A model generated the notes under the pieces. That model saw only the letters and a program-made list of their open reading frames with translations. It ran no database searches and was not told the DNA's origin. A stretch of DNA of 64,000 bases from Seison nebaliae (Eukaryota). This document shows, piece by piece, positions 1 through 11,800 of the stretch. The position numbers and the translations under genes were made by a program. How positions within the stretch are numbered: the stretch's first letter is position 1; each line of letters starts with the position of its first letter. The stretch spans positions 1 through 64,000 of the forward strand of contig JALJEE010002373.1 in NCBI GenBank assembly GCA_023231475.1, written 5' to 3'.

Positions 1-1509
1 CGTCAATCCCACTCGATCCTTATCCAATTCTAATGAATTTTCTTTCATTTGAATTTCTTTTGCTAAATTCATTCGAGAATCTTGCAATGATCTCAAACAA
101 AATTCACCATCGCTCAACTGATTCTTCAATGCATCTATTGATTGCGTCAATGTTTGGACTTCAAATATTAAACTGTTATTTTTTTTAAATTTAGATTATA
201 GAACTTAAAAGTATGAGAAATCTAACGCTTCTTGAGCAGGATCTCGACACGACTCAATTTGTGGTCGAAATTCTCCTCGATCGTGTAATCGAGATTGTGC
301 AACCTTCAATGGAGCCTCTTTTGCTTTAATTGCAGCTCGAATATCTGCAATATTTTTCTCTTGATTTGTAATTTCTATAATTGTTTCTTGTTCGTTCTTT
401 CTCAATTTATTCAAAGCATCTTCTATTTCTTGTATACGTCGACTAACTGATTTGTCAACGGTATCTGCTTGTTGACGTAAATCTTTTGTAGTATCTGATA
501 ACATGTTGTCAATCAACTGTCTTAATTTTTCGCTGGTCATTCTTTCAGATTGAGCGGAAACTAAATGATGGTGACAATTTTCTGCCCATGACTCCGGTGT
601 TGATTGACTAAATAAGGAAAAATTGTTGAATTAACTTCAAATTCTTTTTTGAATAACTTGTCGATAAATTTAGCTGCACCCATGTAATACATATTATTCT
701 TATCTGTATTTTTACGGTTAGCTGATATTGAATCACATCTCTCTGCTTCCAATTTATTGCTCCAATCTAACTCCAAGATTTCTTTTGCTCGTTTGTTTCC
801 TCTGAAATAATTTTTTATATTAAATTATGATGATTTATTTTAACTTTTGCTGAATATCTGCTTCTTCGATGGTTCGTTTTAATAATTTTTGAATTGTATT
901 CAACAATTCTACTTCCTATAAACGATCAATTTTTTTTTTAGAATTTTCTTATTAGTGGAAAACAATAACACGAAAAAGCTGTAATTCTACTTCGTCTGTC
1001 ACATTACACACTCCATACTTGCGACGACGAGTTTCCAAATTCTCGGTAGCAATCTCTAAGGGTATGTATGTGGCATCTAATGCTAATTGTAATCGAGTTC
1101 GACTTTTCAACAGATCATCAATTTCTTGTTTCATTAAGTCGATATCGCGATGCAGTTCTTGCTTCCAAGAATTAATATCTTTCAACCTTTCCTTTAATCG
1201 TTCCGTCGACTCTTTTTGTAGTTTATTTGTCTAATTAAATGCATCACTTTTTTTAATTTATCAACTTGTTCTACTAACGATTTCAGCTGTTTGGTAAATA
1301 CATTTCTGAGTTTTTTGTCGAGCATTCTCTGACATGTTCCTTGTGGCAAAAGCAGAATAAGCGACCTCATGATTATTTTCATGCCATTCAACAGGCGTAT
1401 ATTTCGATGTACGAAATCCCATAGTTGATATTCCAGTTCCAATTCCATTATCACCTATAAGTGATGGATTGAAATTTTCTTGTATAGAATTCATTTTAAT
1501 CGTTTGCAT
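1..1509 (-). CDS. TEKT4: Tektin (tektin-4-like), 6 visible exons, 3' end runs off the window
   Basis: N-terminal GFRTSKYTPVEWHENN and tektin signature variant RPQIESCRD (consensus RPNVELCRD). Coiled-coil ORFs join in frame through five GTT..AG introns, e.g. AEI^TNKLQKESTERL. Confidence 0.88.
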
Positions 1510-1621
1510 AATTCCAGAAAGATTGTTCACCAAATAATTCCTAAAAGTATTTAAGTAATATTATTTAAAATTCTTTAAAGAAAGAAATTGTTTCTAGTTT
1601 TGTTTGTTCTTTTACGATTAC

Positions 1622-1636
1622 GTTGCCCATGGTAAT
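1622..1636. promoter_or_regulatory. RFX X-box-like element upstream of tektin
   Basis: GTTGCC-CAT-GGTAAT, an imperfect X-box palindrome about 110 bp upstream of the tektin ATG. Confidence 0.65.
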
Positions 1637-1912
1637 ATAAACTTAAATAATTCCCATAGAAACTATTTTAGAAATAAATAAACATATAAATGGGACACAA
1701 TTTCTATTGGACTTAATATTATTAAGAACTGCCTTGTAAATATGCCGTTATTAAGTTAATAACGAATTTATTTTACTGCCATTATATTTTCATTATTTTA
1801 CCGCATCGAATTCTCCCAGCTATCCAATGATAATTAGCGTTCTTCATGGCATAAGGATATCATTAAAACATTCAAAGATTAAATTTTTCCTACAAACCAT
1901 ATTTTTTCTATA

Positions 1913-1957
1913 ACCGTAAACTGGGGCAATGTGGGAATCGGGGGCAAAATAGGAGAC
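1913..1957. mobile_element. Possible DNA-transposon terminal sequence remnant
   Basis: GC-rich ACCGTAAACTGGGGCAA...GGGGCAA island with an internal direct repeat in AT-rich DNA. It resembles DNA-transposon termini, but no partner end is seen. Confidence 0.3.
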
Positions 1958-2214
1958 AAAAAAATTCCCAGCTTAAAATAGTGAGTTTTTATATGTTAAC
2001 TATTACAATTTTCTAAGGTAATCTGCATGATCATTCGGAAGGATTTAAAAGTAGTTTTCTCATATTTAAAAAAAAAAGGCCTTTTTTACGTCATACAAAA
2101 TTAGGAATAGAAAAGCTCATTTTTTTTAGAAAAAAAATCTTGGTTGAGAATGAACATTAATTTTGATTATCAATAATCTTTTTTAATATCAAGGATCATG
2201 TAACCAATATATTT

Positions 2215-2930
2215 TTGAACCTTATGGTCGATTTTCAATCTTGTCAACTGTGGCACTAACCCCCTTCTTGTCACTCTCCATTCGGCTATAAGTATTGCCA
2301 AGGAAATGAAACTCTTCTTACATCTTCTCTTCCTTGATGTTCAAATGCATTCGATTCCGTCAACATTTCGTATGCTTTTGATTACCTGGTACGTCAACAC
2401 GTCCCATACTCTATCCTCAAATTTCTTGTTCATCTCTCCTGCAATTCCCCTGGATGTGTTTTCACGGTGATAGCACCAGTACTCATTTTCAAATTAATTC
2501 CGGTACAATCCTAGGTCCCTGGTTATTTTGACTGGCTATTGACGACGTCCTCCGCGAACTTAACGAAGGTAATAGAATCGCCAATGGGGATTTCTTATTT
2601 CCACATGTTATTGCATATGCTGACGATTTCGTGATTATGCATCGCTTGAAGAAATCCTATCTACATACATCTCGTCTTCTTGCTGAAAGAGGGATTGCTA
2701 TTAACGAATTCAAATGTTGGTTGCTCTCGACTGGTAATTGGTCGTTCTCGAACATTCCTCTTGCTTCTTCTACTATCTACCTAGGCTAGCTGATCGATAT
2801 GCGGTCGGTTTCCTCATCCGCTCTCGATCGTATCGAAATACATTCCACAGGGCTTTTTTCTCATTCTCTCCTAAATCTAAATTCGTCTTTCACTATTCAG
2901 GAGTCTAGTGCATTCTTTGGAGACCATCTA
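2215..2930 (+). mobile_element. Degenerate non-LTR retrotransposon reverse transcriptase fragment
   Basis: Frameshifted LFLDV/NAFDSVN, then GTILGPWLF*LAIDDVLRELN...HVIAYADDFVI (YADD core). Contains stops and frameshifts. Confidence 0.85.
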
Positions 2931-3478
2931 GGTCGGTTAGATTAAACAGCCTTAAATTCCGAGATTTAAAAAAGTTAGATTAAAATTAACAATAACTAAA
3001 TTAAAAACAACGCTAAACAAAATTAAATTAATAATCTCGTCATTGCGAGTTTATTAGACAGTTCCAATAGATGTTCTTCTTATAAGATTTTTATTTTCTC
3101 TAGATTAAGTCTTTTTTGCTTTAAATTAAGAATATCTATCATCTTTTATTTCACTTTCTTACAAAAATTTTTAGTAGTACAAAAATCATTAAGGATTTAT
3201 AAATAATTCTACAACGTAGAATAAATAATTAACAATTGAAACAATAAATAACATGTAAAATGTAAATGTTAGACATTAAATAATTACAATTTGAAATCAT
3301 ATAAGAACTATCGGCTTAATTGAACTTATAAAATACGTTAATATGATATAAGCTAATAAGAGCGAATATTTAGCTAACATTTTTGAATATGTAGCTCAAG
3401 AAAATTTTGAATAGAATTTAAGAACTAAAATTCCCATATCGTTTGGGAAACGATAAGTTGATTGAAATCCAACAGAAT

Positions 3479-6139
3479 ATGGCTGAAATAAGTGCATCAA
3501 TAGAAGAAACCAAGTTGGAATATATTTATATAATGATATGATCTTTCAAATTTACTAATTTTATATTTAATTCTTGCAGTAAATTAAGAAAAGAATTAGG
3601 ATTGGCACCTTTGGAAGTTGATGAAACGAATAATAAGAATGAGAAAGGAGAAGAAAAATATAAAGAGTCATTACCGAAAGATGATCTACATGCTCCAGCT
3701 ATCAATATAGGAGAAGTGAAACGGTCAGAAGAATTACGTCGTAAATTGGATGAAAAAAAAGAAAAGAGGAAATTAGAAGATCACTTTAAACAAAAATCAA
3801 AAGTGAAGGAAGAAGGTTTTCCTTAGTCTCCTTTTTCCTCAAACCAAAATTGATTTGATATATTTGTTTAGATTTGAGTATAAAAGATTGGATAAAATTT
3901 ATTGGAAGAGATCAGAAACCGAAAGAAATTGAAAAGAAGAAAAAATGTCGAAAATATGAATCGTCGAATCTGTCAGGATTACAAATCGATCATAAACTTG
4001 ATTCATTCGTTAAAGATGGAAAAGAAACGGTTTTAACTTTGAAGGATTCGAATATTTTAGATAATGAAGATGATATTTTGGTGGATATGCAATTGAAAGA
4101 AGAGGAATTGATAAAGGAAAGACAAAAGAAGGATAATGCAATTATTGGATCGTTCACTTCTTATGGAGAATTGGCTGAACGATATGATCCTTCTACAGGT
4201 CAAATTAAAGACAAACCAATTCTCTCCCAATATGAATCGGGAAATGACGAGAAATTTTCCATAGGAGAAAATGGGAAAATTAAAATCGATAATTCTTTGA
4301 TAGAAACGAAAGAAATTGATTATCCAACTGAAACATTGGGAACTGAAATTGGCCGATCACTCGATGGTGGAATAACAGCTCTCCTACAAACGGGACGAGT
4401 CAAATTGGCGAGAGAATATTATACGCAAGAAGAAATGGAACAATTTAAGAAACCGACAAAGAAAAAGAAGAATAAAAAGAAAAAAGTTTGTAGTTCTTAA
4501 TGAAATGTTGAATGAATTGACGTTTTTTATAGAAATCGATCTTAGATGGAGTTGTTAAGAATGAAATAATAGATGATGGGATAGATAGAGAACATGATAT
4601 AAAGATGGAGAAGATGAAGAAGATTAAAAATAAGCAGAAAAATCAACCAATCATTCACGAAGGTGTAGAAGATAATGTTTGGATGGAAAAAGAAAAAAAA
4701 TCGAAAAAATTAAAAAAACATAAAAATTGTGAAAAACAAAGTTGATTTTCTTTCATTCTCTTCATTAAATTTCTTTAAAATTTTTATTAGATTTAAAAGA
4801 AAAAATTAATAAAGTTATTCATGAAAATGATCGTCATAATGATTCGTCAGATAAAGAAGAAAGTAATTGGACGAAAGAATCAGCGGAAGATGAGGCTTAT
4901 GAAGAAATTCAACAAATATTTAATAAAACCATTCGATTACGTCAAATGAAGAAATTTTTAGATGTTGAAAAAGTTTATTTTAATTTCTTTGTTTCTTTTT
5001 TATATTTTGAATTTTTTGAAGATAATCGAACAAAATCCGGTGAAAGAAGAAAATGTTGATATTGTGAAAGAAGAGAATTTTGATTTTGATGGAACGGAAC
5101 AACCGATCGCTATTAATTCATTAGGAGAATATTGTAGGAATATTGGGAATAAAGAGACTTATGGAATATCAGGAAATCGAGAAGATGATCAATTATACGA
5201 AAATGATGATGGAAGTTCAGAGAATGATGATATGAATTCAGAGCAACATGAAGAAGAAGAGAATAGTGATCAAGGACAAAGTGAAGATAATGAACTGTTG
5301 GAAGAAGAGGAGAAAGCGTTAAGACAGAAATTATTTAAAAAATATCGAAGAAAAAGATCGAAGATGACAGATGGATTAAGTACAACGAGTCGAATAAAAA
5401 AAGAGAAATTGACAAGTGCCGATATTTTATTCTCAAAAAAAGAAAGAGATGAAGCAGGAATTATTGATGAAGATACTAGTCATGGTCGAGGATTATTATC
5501 AGCGTTAAAAGTTTGTTGAATTATTTTAATAAAATTGGTAGATATTTGTTTAGATGGCCGTCCATTCGGGAATGTTAGAGAAAGAGTCGTCGAAGAAGAG
5601 ACGAGAAGGTAAACTAATAACGTCTAATCGGCAAATTAATGAAAATTATAAAATAGAAGATAAAAATCGACGGTTATTTCACAATTAACTTCATTTTATT
5701 AAAAGTTTAATGAAATTTTTAGAGATAATAATGATCGACGTCGCGGACATTCTGGTCAATCGTTCAATGAAATGAAATATTATAAACCAGATTTCAAATT
5801 GGATTACGTTGATGATAATGGAAAATTTATGAATGAGAAAGAAGCATTCCGATATCTCTCCCATAAATTCCACGGGAAAGGAGCAGGTAAAAAGAAGTTG
5901 GAAATGAGAGATAATAAGATCGCATTAGAAAACGTTCATTTTTCTATTATAACAATTTCTAATTTATATCGATAATTCGTTTTCATGTTTAGAAACGATC
6001 AAAATTAGCAAATGCAGCTAATTCTAATGAAGAGAATTCAGGAAGTACGATGACGAAATTGATACAAAGACAAAAACAGTTGGAACAAGCATTTGTCGTT
6101 TTAACGTCAGCTAATCAAATGGCAACGAAAGAAGAATAA
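3479..6139 (+). CDS. SART1: U4/U6.U5 tri-snRNP-associated protein 1 (SART1/Snu66), 9 exons
   Basis: Spliced start SIEETN^[12 protein letters not shown] (HIND motif), [22 protein letters not shown], and C-terminal [14 protein letters not shown]...[20 protein letters not shown]. Eight GTT..AG introns keep the frame. Confidence 0.95.
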
Positions 6140-6178
6140 TTTTGTTAAATAAAATTTTATTTTCATTTTTGAAAAAAT

Positions 6179-7948
6179 TTAGAAATTTGTTACTGTTTCT
6201 TCATTATCTGATGAATAGTATGCAGGATTGGTGAGATTCCCATTCATTTCAACATCATTCGGTGACCAAATTAATTTGTTCTTATTATTTTTCCCATAAT
6301 CCAACGAATTTCCATTATTCAATTTCTCATCTTCGTCCATTGTTGATTCGGTTAATTCTTCATTAGAATCACTTGGAGCTAATGATGATTTTGTTAGTTC
6401 GTAAGTTACAATCGTTCCACTAACATCTCCCCAAACATTAATTGTCGTTCTTATACGATCCAACAACCAATCGACTGTTAGAATTAGTGATAATTTTTCT
6501 GTTGGTAATCCTAATGTGTTCAACACGATCAACATAGTCACCATACCAGCTTGTGGTATACCTGCCGCACCGACGGCTGCTAATGTTGAAGTCAATGCTG
6601 TTGTGATATAATCAGCTGGCGATAAATGTTTCCCATATAATTGTGCGATGAATAATGAAGCAACAGCTTCATATAAAGCAGTTCCATTCATATTAACTGT
6701 TGCTCCAATTGTTAAAACGAATCTCGATACTCTCTTGTCCACATGACAATTCTCTTCAACACATCTAATAAGAATATAAAGTTTGATGAGTTTTGAAATG
6801 ATTAGAAGAACTTGTATGTTACTGGTAATGTGGCAGAGGAGGAATCGGTTGCAAATGATGTGGCAAACGCCTCGGTACATTGTGCCATAATTCGAAATGG
6901 ATTTCTTCTCATTCTCGTTAAGAAGAATACGAATAATGGGAGAACGATTGCTGCATGGATTGTTAAAGCAGCGATTACTGTTCCCATATAGATAGCGAGT
7001 GCACGAAAAGTTTCTGAAATCGAATCAATGATCAGAACCTAATGGTGGAATGTTGTGGTTGTTTGATATTTTGATATGATGCAGATTCCATCGAATGGTT
7101 GAACAAAGAGATTTCCATGAAATAAGATTTGAAGAAAAAATGGAGAATAAGAATTTTGGGAGAAATATTTAAAAATATCGAACTTGATTTAAGATTAGGA
7201 AGAAAACACCAATGGGAGAGAACCACATCAATAAACTAACCATACGCATAATAATTCGGTTCAGAACATCGAAAAAGTCGATAACAATTTTTACTGCAGG
7301 ATCATTTCTGTCAAGCCTACTTAAAATTGTACCGAATAGAACACAAAAAGAAACAACACCTAAAATATTTGTACCATGTTGAATTTTCACATTTGCACCT
7401 ACCAACTTCCTCCTAACTAAATCGTGCGTCTCATTCCTCACATCTTCATAACCTCTTTCTATTTTATAAGAATCGAATGTTGATTCAATCACATTTGTTG
7501 GTATCATATTATATATGAGATCGAAAATTGTATCAACAGTATGAACTGTCACTTTCACTTCTTCATATGACGAACCTTTAATACTATCCGTTGCTTTCTC
7601 TCCTGGTCTGATAATCGCTACCATAATAATACCCTCAATAACTGCTAGAATTGTTGTGACACTATAATAGCCTAAAGCAATTCCACCAATCTTTCCAAAC
7701 GATCCCGCATCCATTCCAGCAATGGCTGTTATAAGACTTGAAACGATTAATGGGACGATAATCATTTGTAGCATTCTTAAAAAGATTTGACCGGGAAAAC
7801 CGAGACCATAAATCACTTCTTCATCCAGATTATATTTCCGAATTCCCAATCCAATAGCAAATCCCAGAGCTACCGCAATAATTGTTAGAATCAATAATAA
7901 TTCCTTTCTCAAATGCTTTAAAATCGTTTTCTTCGAACATCCTTTCAT
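6179..7948 (-). CDS. SLC1 family excitatory amino-acid transporter-like, 3 exons
   Basis: FPGQIFLRMLQMIIVPLIVSSL, HP1 TDSSSATLP, TM7 TVNMNGTALYEA, HP2 GAAGIPQAG, TM8 DWLLDRIRTTINVWGD. Two GTT introns. Confidence 0.95.
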
Positions 7949-8843
7949 TGTACACTTATTTGGAAATTATATTTTGTTCTGATGGAGAAATTTTATTTGA
8001 AAAGAAAATAATCATTAGATACGGAAGAATATCGAGCGGAAGAATATGTTTAAGTATTATGAGAAATGAATACAAATGAAAGATTTATAAATATCGTCCG
8101 AGTGATTCTGGGAGATTTTTTTTCAATTATAAACAAATTTTTTGGGAAGGTGAAGAATGTATAAATTCCCATAAGTTGGACATAGATAACTGACAAAATG
8201 AAAAGATTATTATGAATAGAATAAAAGTTTAGAATCATCATTTTGAATATATTCGGTTATTTACATACGAAACAAAATGTTGTCTTGTCAGCCTAATAAC
8301 TGACGTTTATTGATTCAATCGAAGTCTTATGTAATTCGTTAGAAGATAAAAGTAGAGACTGTCAAATGAAAAGTCTCCATAGTTAATGAGAATGACCATT
8401 GTCATTTCATTTCCATTATTATAACAATTATTCCCATGTGGAATATGTATGATCTCATTAAAATTCAATTTCTCTTCAAACTTATTTATATTTACTCCTA
8501 TTTCAAATAGAACGTCAGTTAAATCATATTTATTCTCAATAATTCAATATTTTCCAATCAACAGAATTTATTTGTACATTCCGATATCTATCTAGAAATA
8601 GAATGTAAGAATTACGAATGAAAATTTTATTAAATTTTATTTCGACCAGATAAAGAATTGCAAGCGGAAATTGATGTCATAGAATGAAATTAAAATATTT
8701 CTATAATTTACATGGAAATTCTTTACTGAAAAAAAAAAAGATAAATTGAAATAGAACAAAGTAAAGTAGAAATCATTATTAATTCAACATTTTCTGTGTA
8801 AATATATACAAATGATAAAAGATATAAATCAACGGGTGAAAAG

Positions 8844-11800
8844 TCAGACACAACCGAATTCATACCACAATGACTTCGCAGTCTCGCTAGATGTTTTCTT
8901 TCTAGCTGATAAATGACTTGATTGTGAATTATCTTGTCCTTCATCGATTTTAATTTGATATTTATGTTGATATTCCGATTTGGGAAAGTCAGATGACTGA
9001 ATGTTTAATTGACGCCGATAGACTTTTCGATCATCAGAACTTGTTGAATTATGAAGAGAATGTCTACATTGTTGTCTCTTTTGACGTAAAGGTGATGTAT
9101 TCATTAAACTTTTCTCATTTACTAAGGTATTTGGATGATGGACAAAATGACGATTTGGTGTTTCGTATGAAGAATTATTCAAATGTAATTTTCCGTTCGT
9201 AAATGAATTCTGATAGCGATATGGAATGTTTCGATGATGATGGAGTTGTTGTTGTTGCTGTTGGAAGTAAGTAAATGAATGATTGATTTTCTTATTTGTA
9301 TTCGAATCGAATTTAGCTAGTGGTGCATTGAGTGGTGTCATTTGTGATTTGGATGGATGTATTATCCGTTTCGACATATCAATCACTTGTTTCCCATATA
9401 ATTTAGTTTTAATTTCATCTAGATTTGACATATCGTTTTGTGTTTCACTAACAAGTGATTCATTCTCACCAATTGAACAATCGTCGTCTGATTTGATGGG
9501 GATTTCGTTCTCTTTTCTATTTTTCAATTCCAATTTCTCATTTATTGGCAATAAATTATGTGATCGGATTAACGGTTGACGATTCGTACCATTACATTCT
9601 GGATTGACAATTTGTGAATTAAATGATGAATTATTCGATGTTACTGATGAACGAGAAGTGGATGATGATAATTTATCAATATTTCCTGAATTTCTATTAA
9701 TTTGTTTATTCTCATTTTTGTTGTTCACCAGAGAGATGTTGGTAGATCCTGATGATATTGTTGAAATTGAGGTAGATGATCTATTTCCATTATTATCTGG
9801 TCTATTAGACGATTGAAATATGTCGATGCAAGAACGTGACGATTCTTTTATTGTTTCATTTTCTCTCAACTCATTTTCCCGTCCTGAACTCTCCTTTGGA
9901 TTCTTCATTATTTCTTCATTCAACAACTCATTCATTGCTCCAAGAGATTGTCGTCGTTTCAAGAATGTGGGATCTTGACACTTTTTAGCTTTCACTCTTT
10001 TTTGTCTTTCGTCTAAACGTAACCAATTCTTTTCTTTATATGATCGGAAACCTTCGTTATATTTGAGAAATCGTGGACTGTTAGAAATATCAGAATTCAA
10101 ATATCTAATTTTCTCCAATTGACAATTTTCATTCTTTTTCGATTTTATCATATCATTCCCATCCTCCTTATCATTCAGTTTAAATGTTGTCTGGTTTTTA
10201 TTGTTATGCAAATCGAACATTGTCGTTCGATGATTGAGTGATGATGATTTAAATTTTTCCATTTTTCTTTTAATGAATTTAGTTAAGCTTGTTCGTTTTT
10301 TTGCTGAATCATTGTCGTCAATCATTCGCTCCAACGACGAATATTTCGAACGGCCATTCTCATCATTATTCAGATAATGATGATGATAATAATAGTGATG
10401 TTCATTCGATTTATCTTTATCCGACGTTTCTGCTAAAAGTGTTCGATGTTTTTGTAATAAAACTAATTGTTTCTCCACAAATTCAAAATCCTTTAGATTC
10501 ATAACTGAACAATTCTTTAGCAATTTCTCATTTTGATCGATGAGACGTTTAATTAAAAGATCATTCAATTGATAAGTTTGTTTGAAGGAACATGAAGAAT
10601 TAGTGAGAATATCAATATCATTACTCAAATGTAATTCTTTCAATGAACATAATGAATAAGATCGACGGAAATTATTCAAATTTGAATTGTACAAATTATT
10701 ATTAAGAGTATTCAATGTGGTTTGTGTGGTTTGATTGATAGATTTGGTTTGATAGAGAGAAATTTCTTTCAATTTTTCAACTTCGTCAATCAAATGATTA
10801 TCCATTATTCTCATCACCAATTCCTTCTCGTTCGAATAAAGTGACAATATGAAATCTTTAATTTTTCTGATAAATTCATTAATATTCTCGATATTCTCCT
10901 TCAATCTATCATTCCTTTCGTCTTTCTCCTCTACGAAATTCTTCAGTTTATTGACAATCAACTCATATTCACCATTCAATAATTGAAGATCGATTAATTG
11001 TTCGTTTTGAGAGGAGAGACATAATTCAGTTTCTTTCAATCGATTCTCTAACAATTGTCTTTCGTTCTGAACATTTAATAACTTGTCAGTTAATTTCTTA
11101 TTAACTGATCGCTCTTTATCGATAGCTCCCAATTGTTTCGTATATTTTTCATCCATCAAACTAATGATTTGAAGATAATCCTCTTTCTCTTCAATCGTCG
11201 AATTAGTCGATGATAGTTTAGTTTGAGAGTTTGATGAAGATCGTTTCCATTTCTTTACCATTTCTTCTTTCTCTAATTCGCATTTCAATAACGTTCTCTC
11301 TAATTCATCATTCTTTTCTTGCATCTCGTCCATCTGTTCTCTCAATTCAATTTTCTCTTTGATAACTTTCAACAAATTCATTTTCAAATTACGATCTTGT
11401 TTCAATTGTTGCGATAATGTTTGAACTGACGATGTTAACTGTAAATTTGTCCTTTTGATTTTATGAAGGAACTGTTTCTCCTCTTCATCCACTTCTCTAT
11501 CATCTTCCAATATATTATCTTGATTTTCATGAGATTGTGAACAATTGAAATTATCATCATCTTCATTTGAAATTGTATCATTATTCGTCAATGTTTCATT
11601 AGAAGTTTGTATGGAATTATTATTATTAATTGGATCAATACTCGAGATGACGATCGAATTCGATTGACTATTCTCCTGTATTTTTATCGGAATCGAATCA
11701 TCAACGATCGATATTTCTGGTGATGACATTGTCGATGGTTTATTCTCTTTCTTTTCAAGTGATAATTTCAACTTTTCCGAATGTTCGTATAAATGTAACA

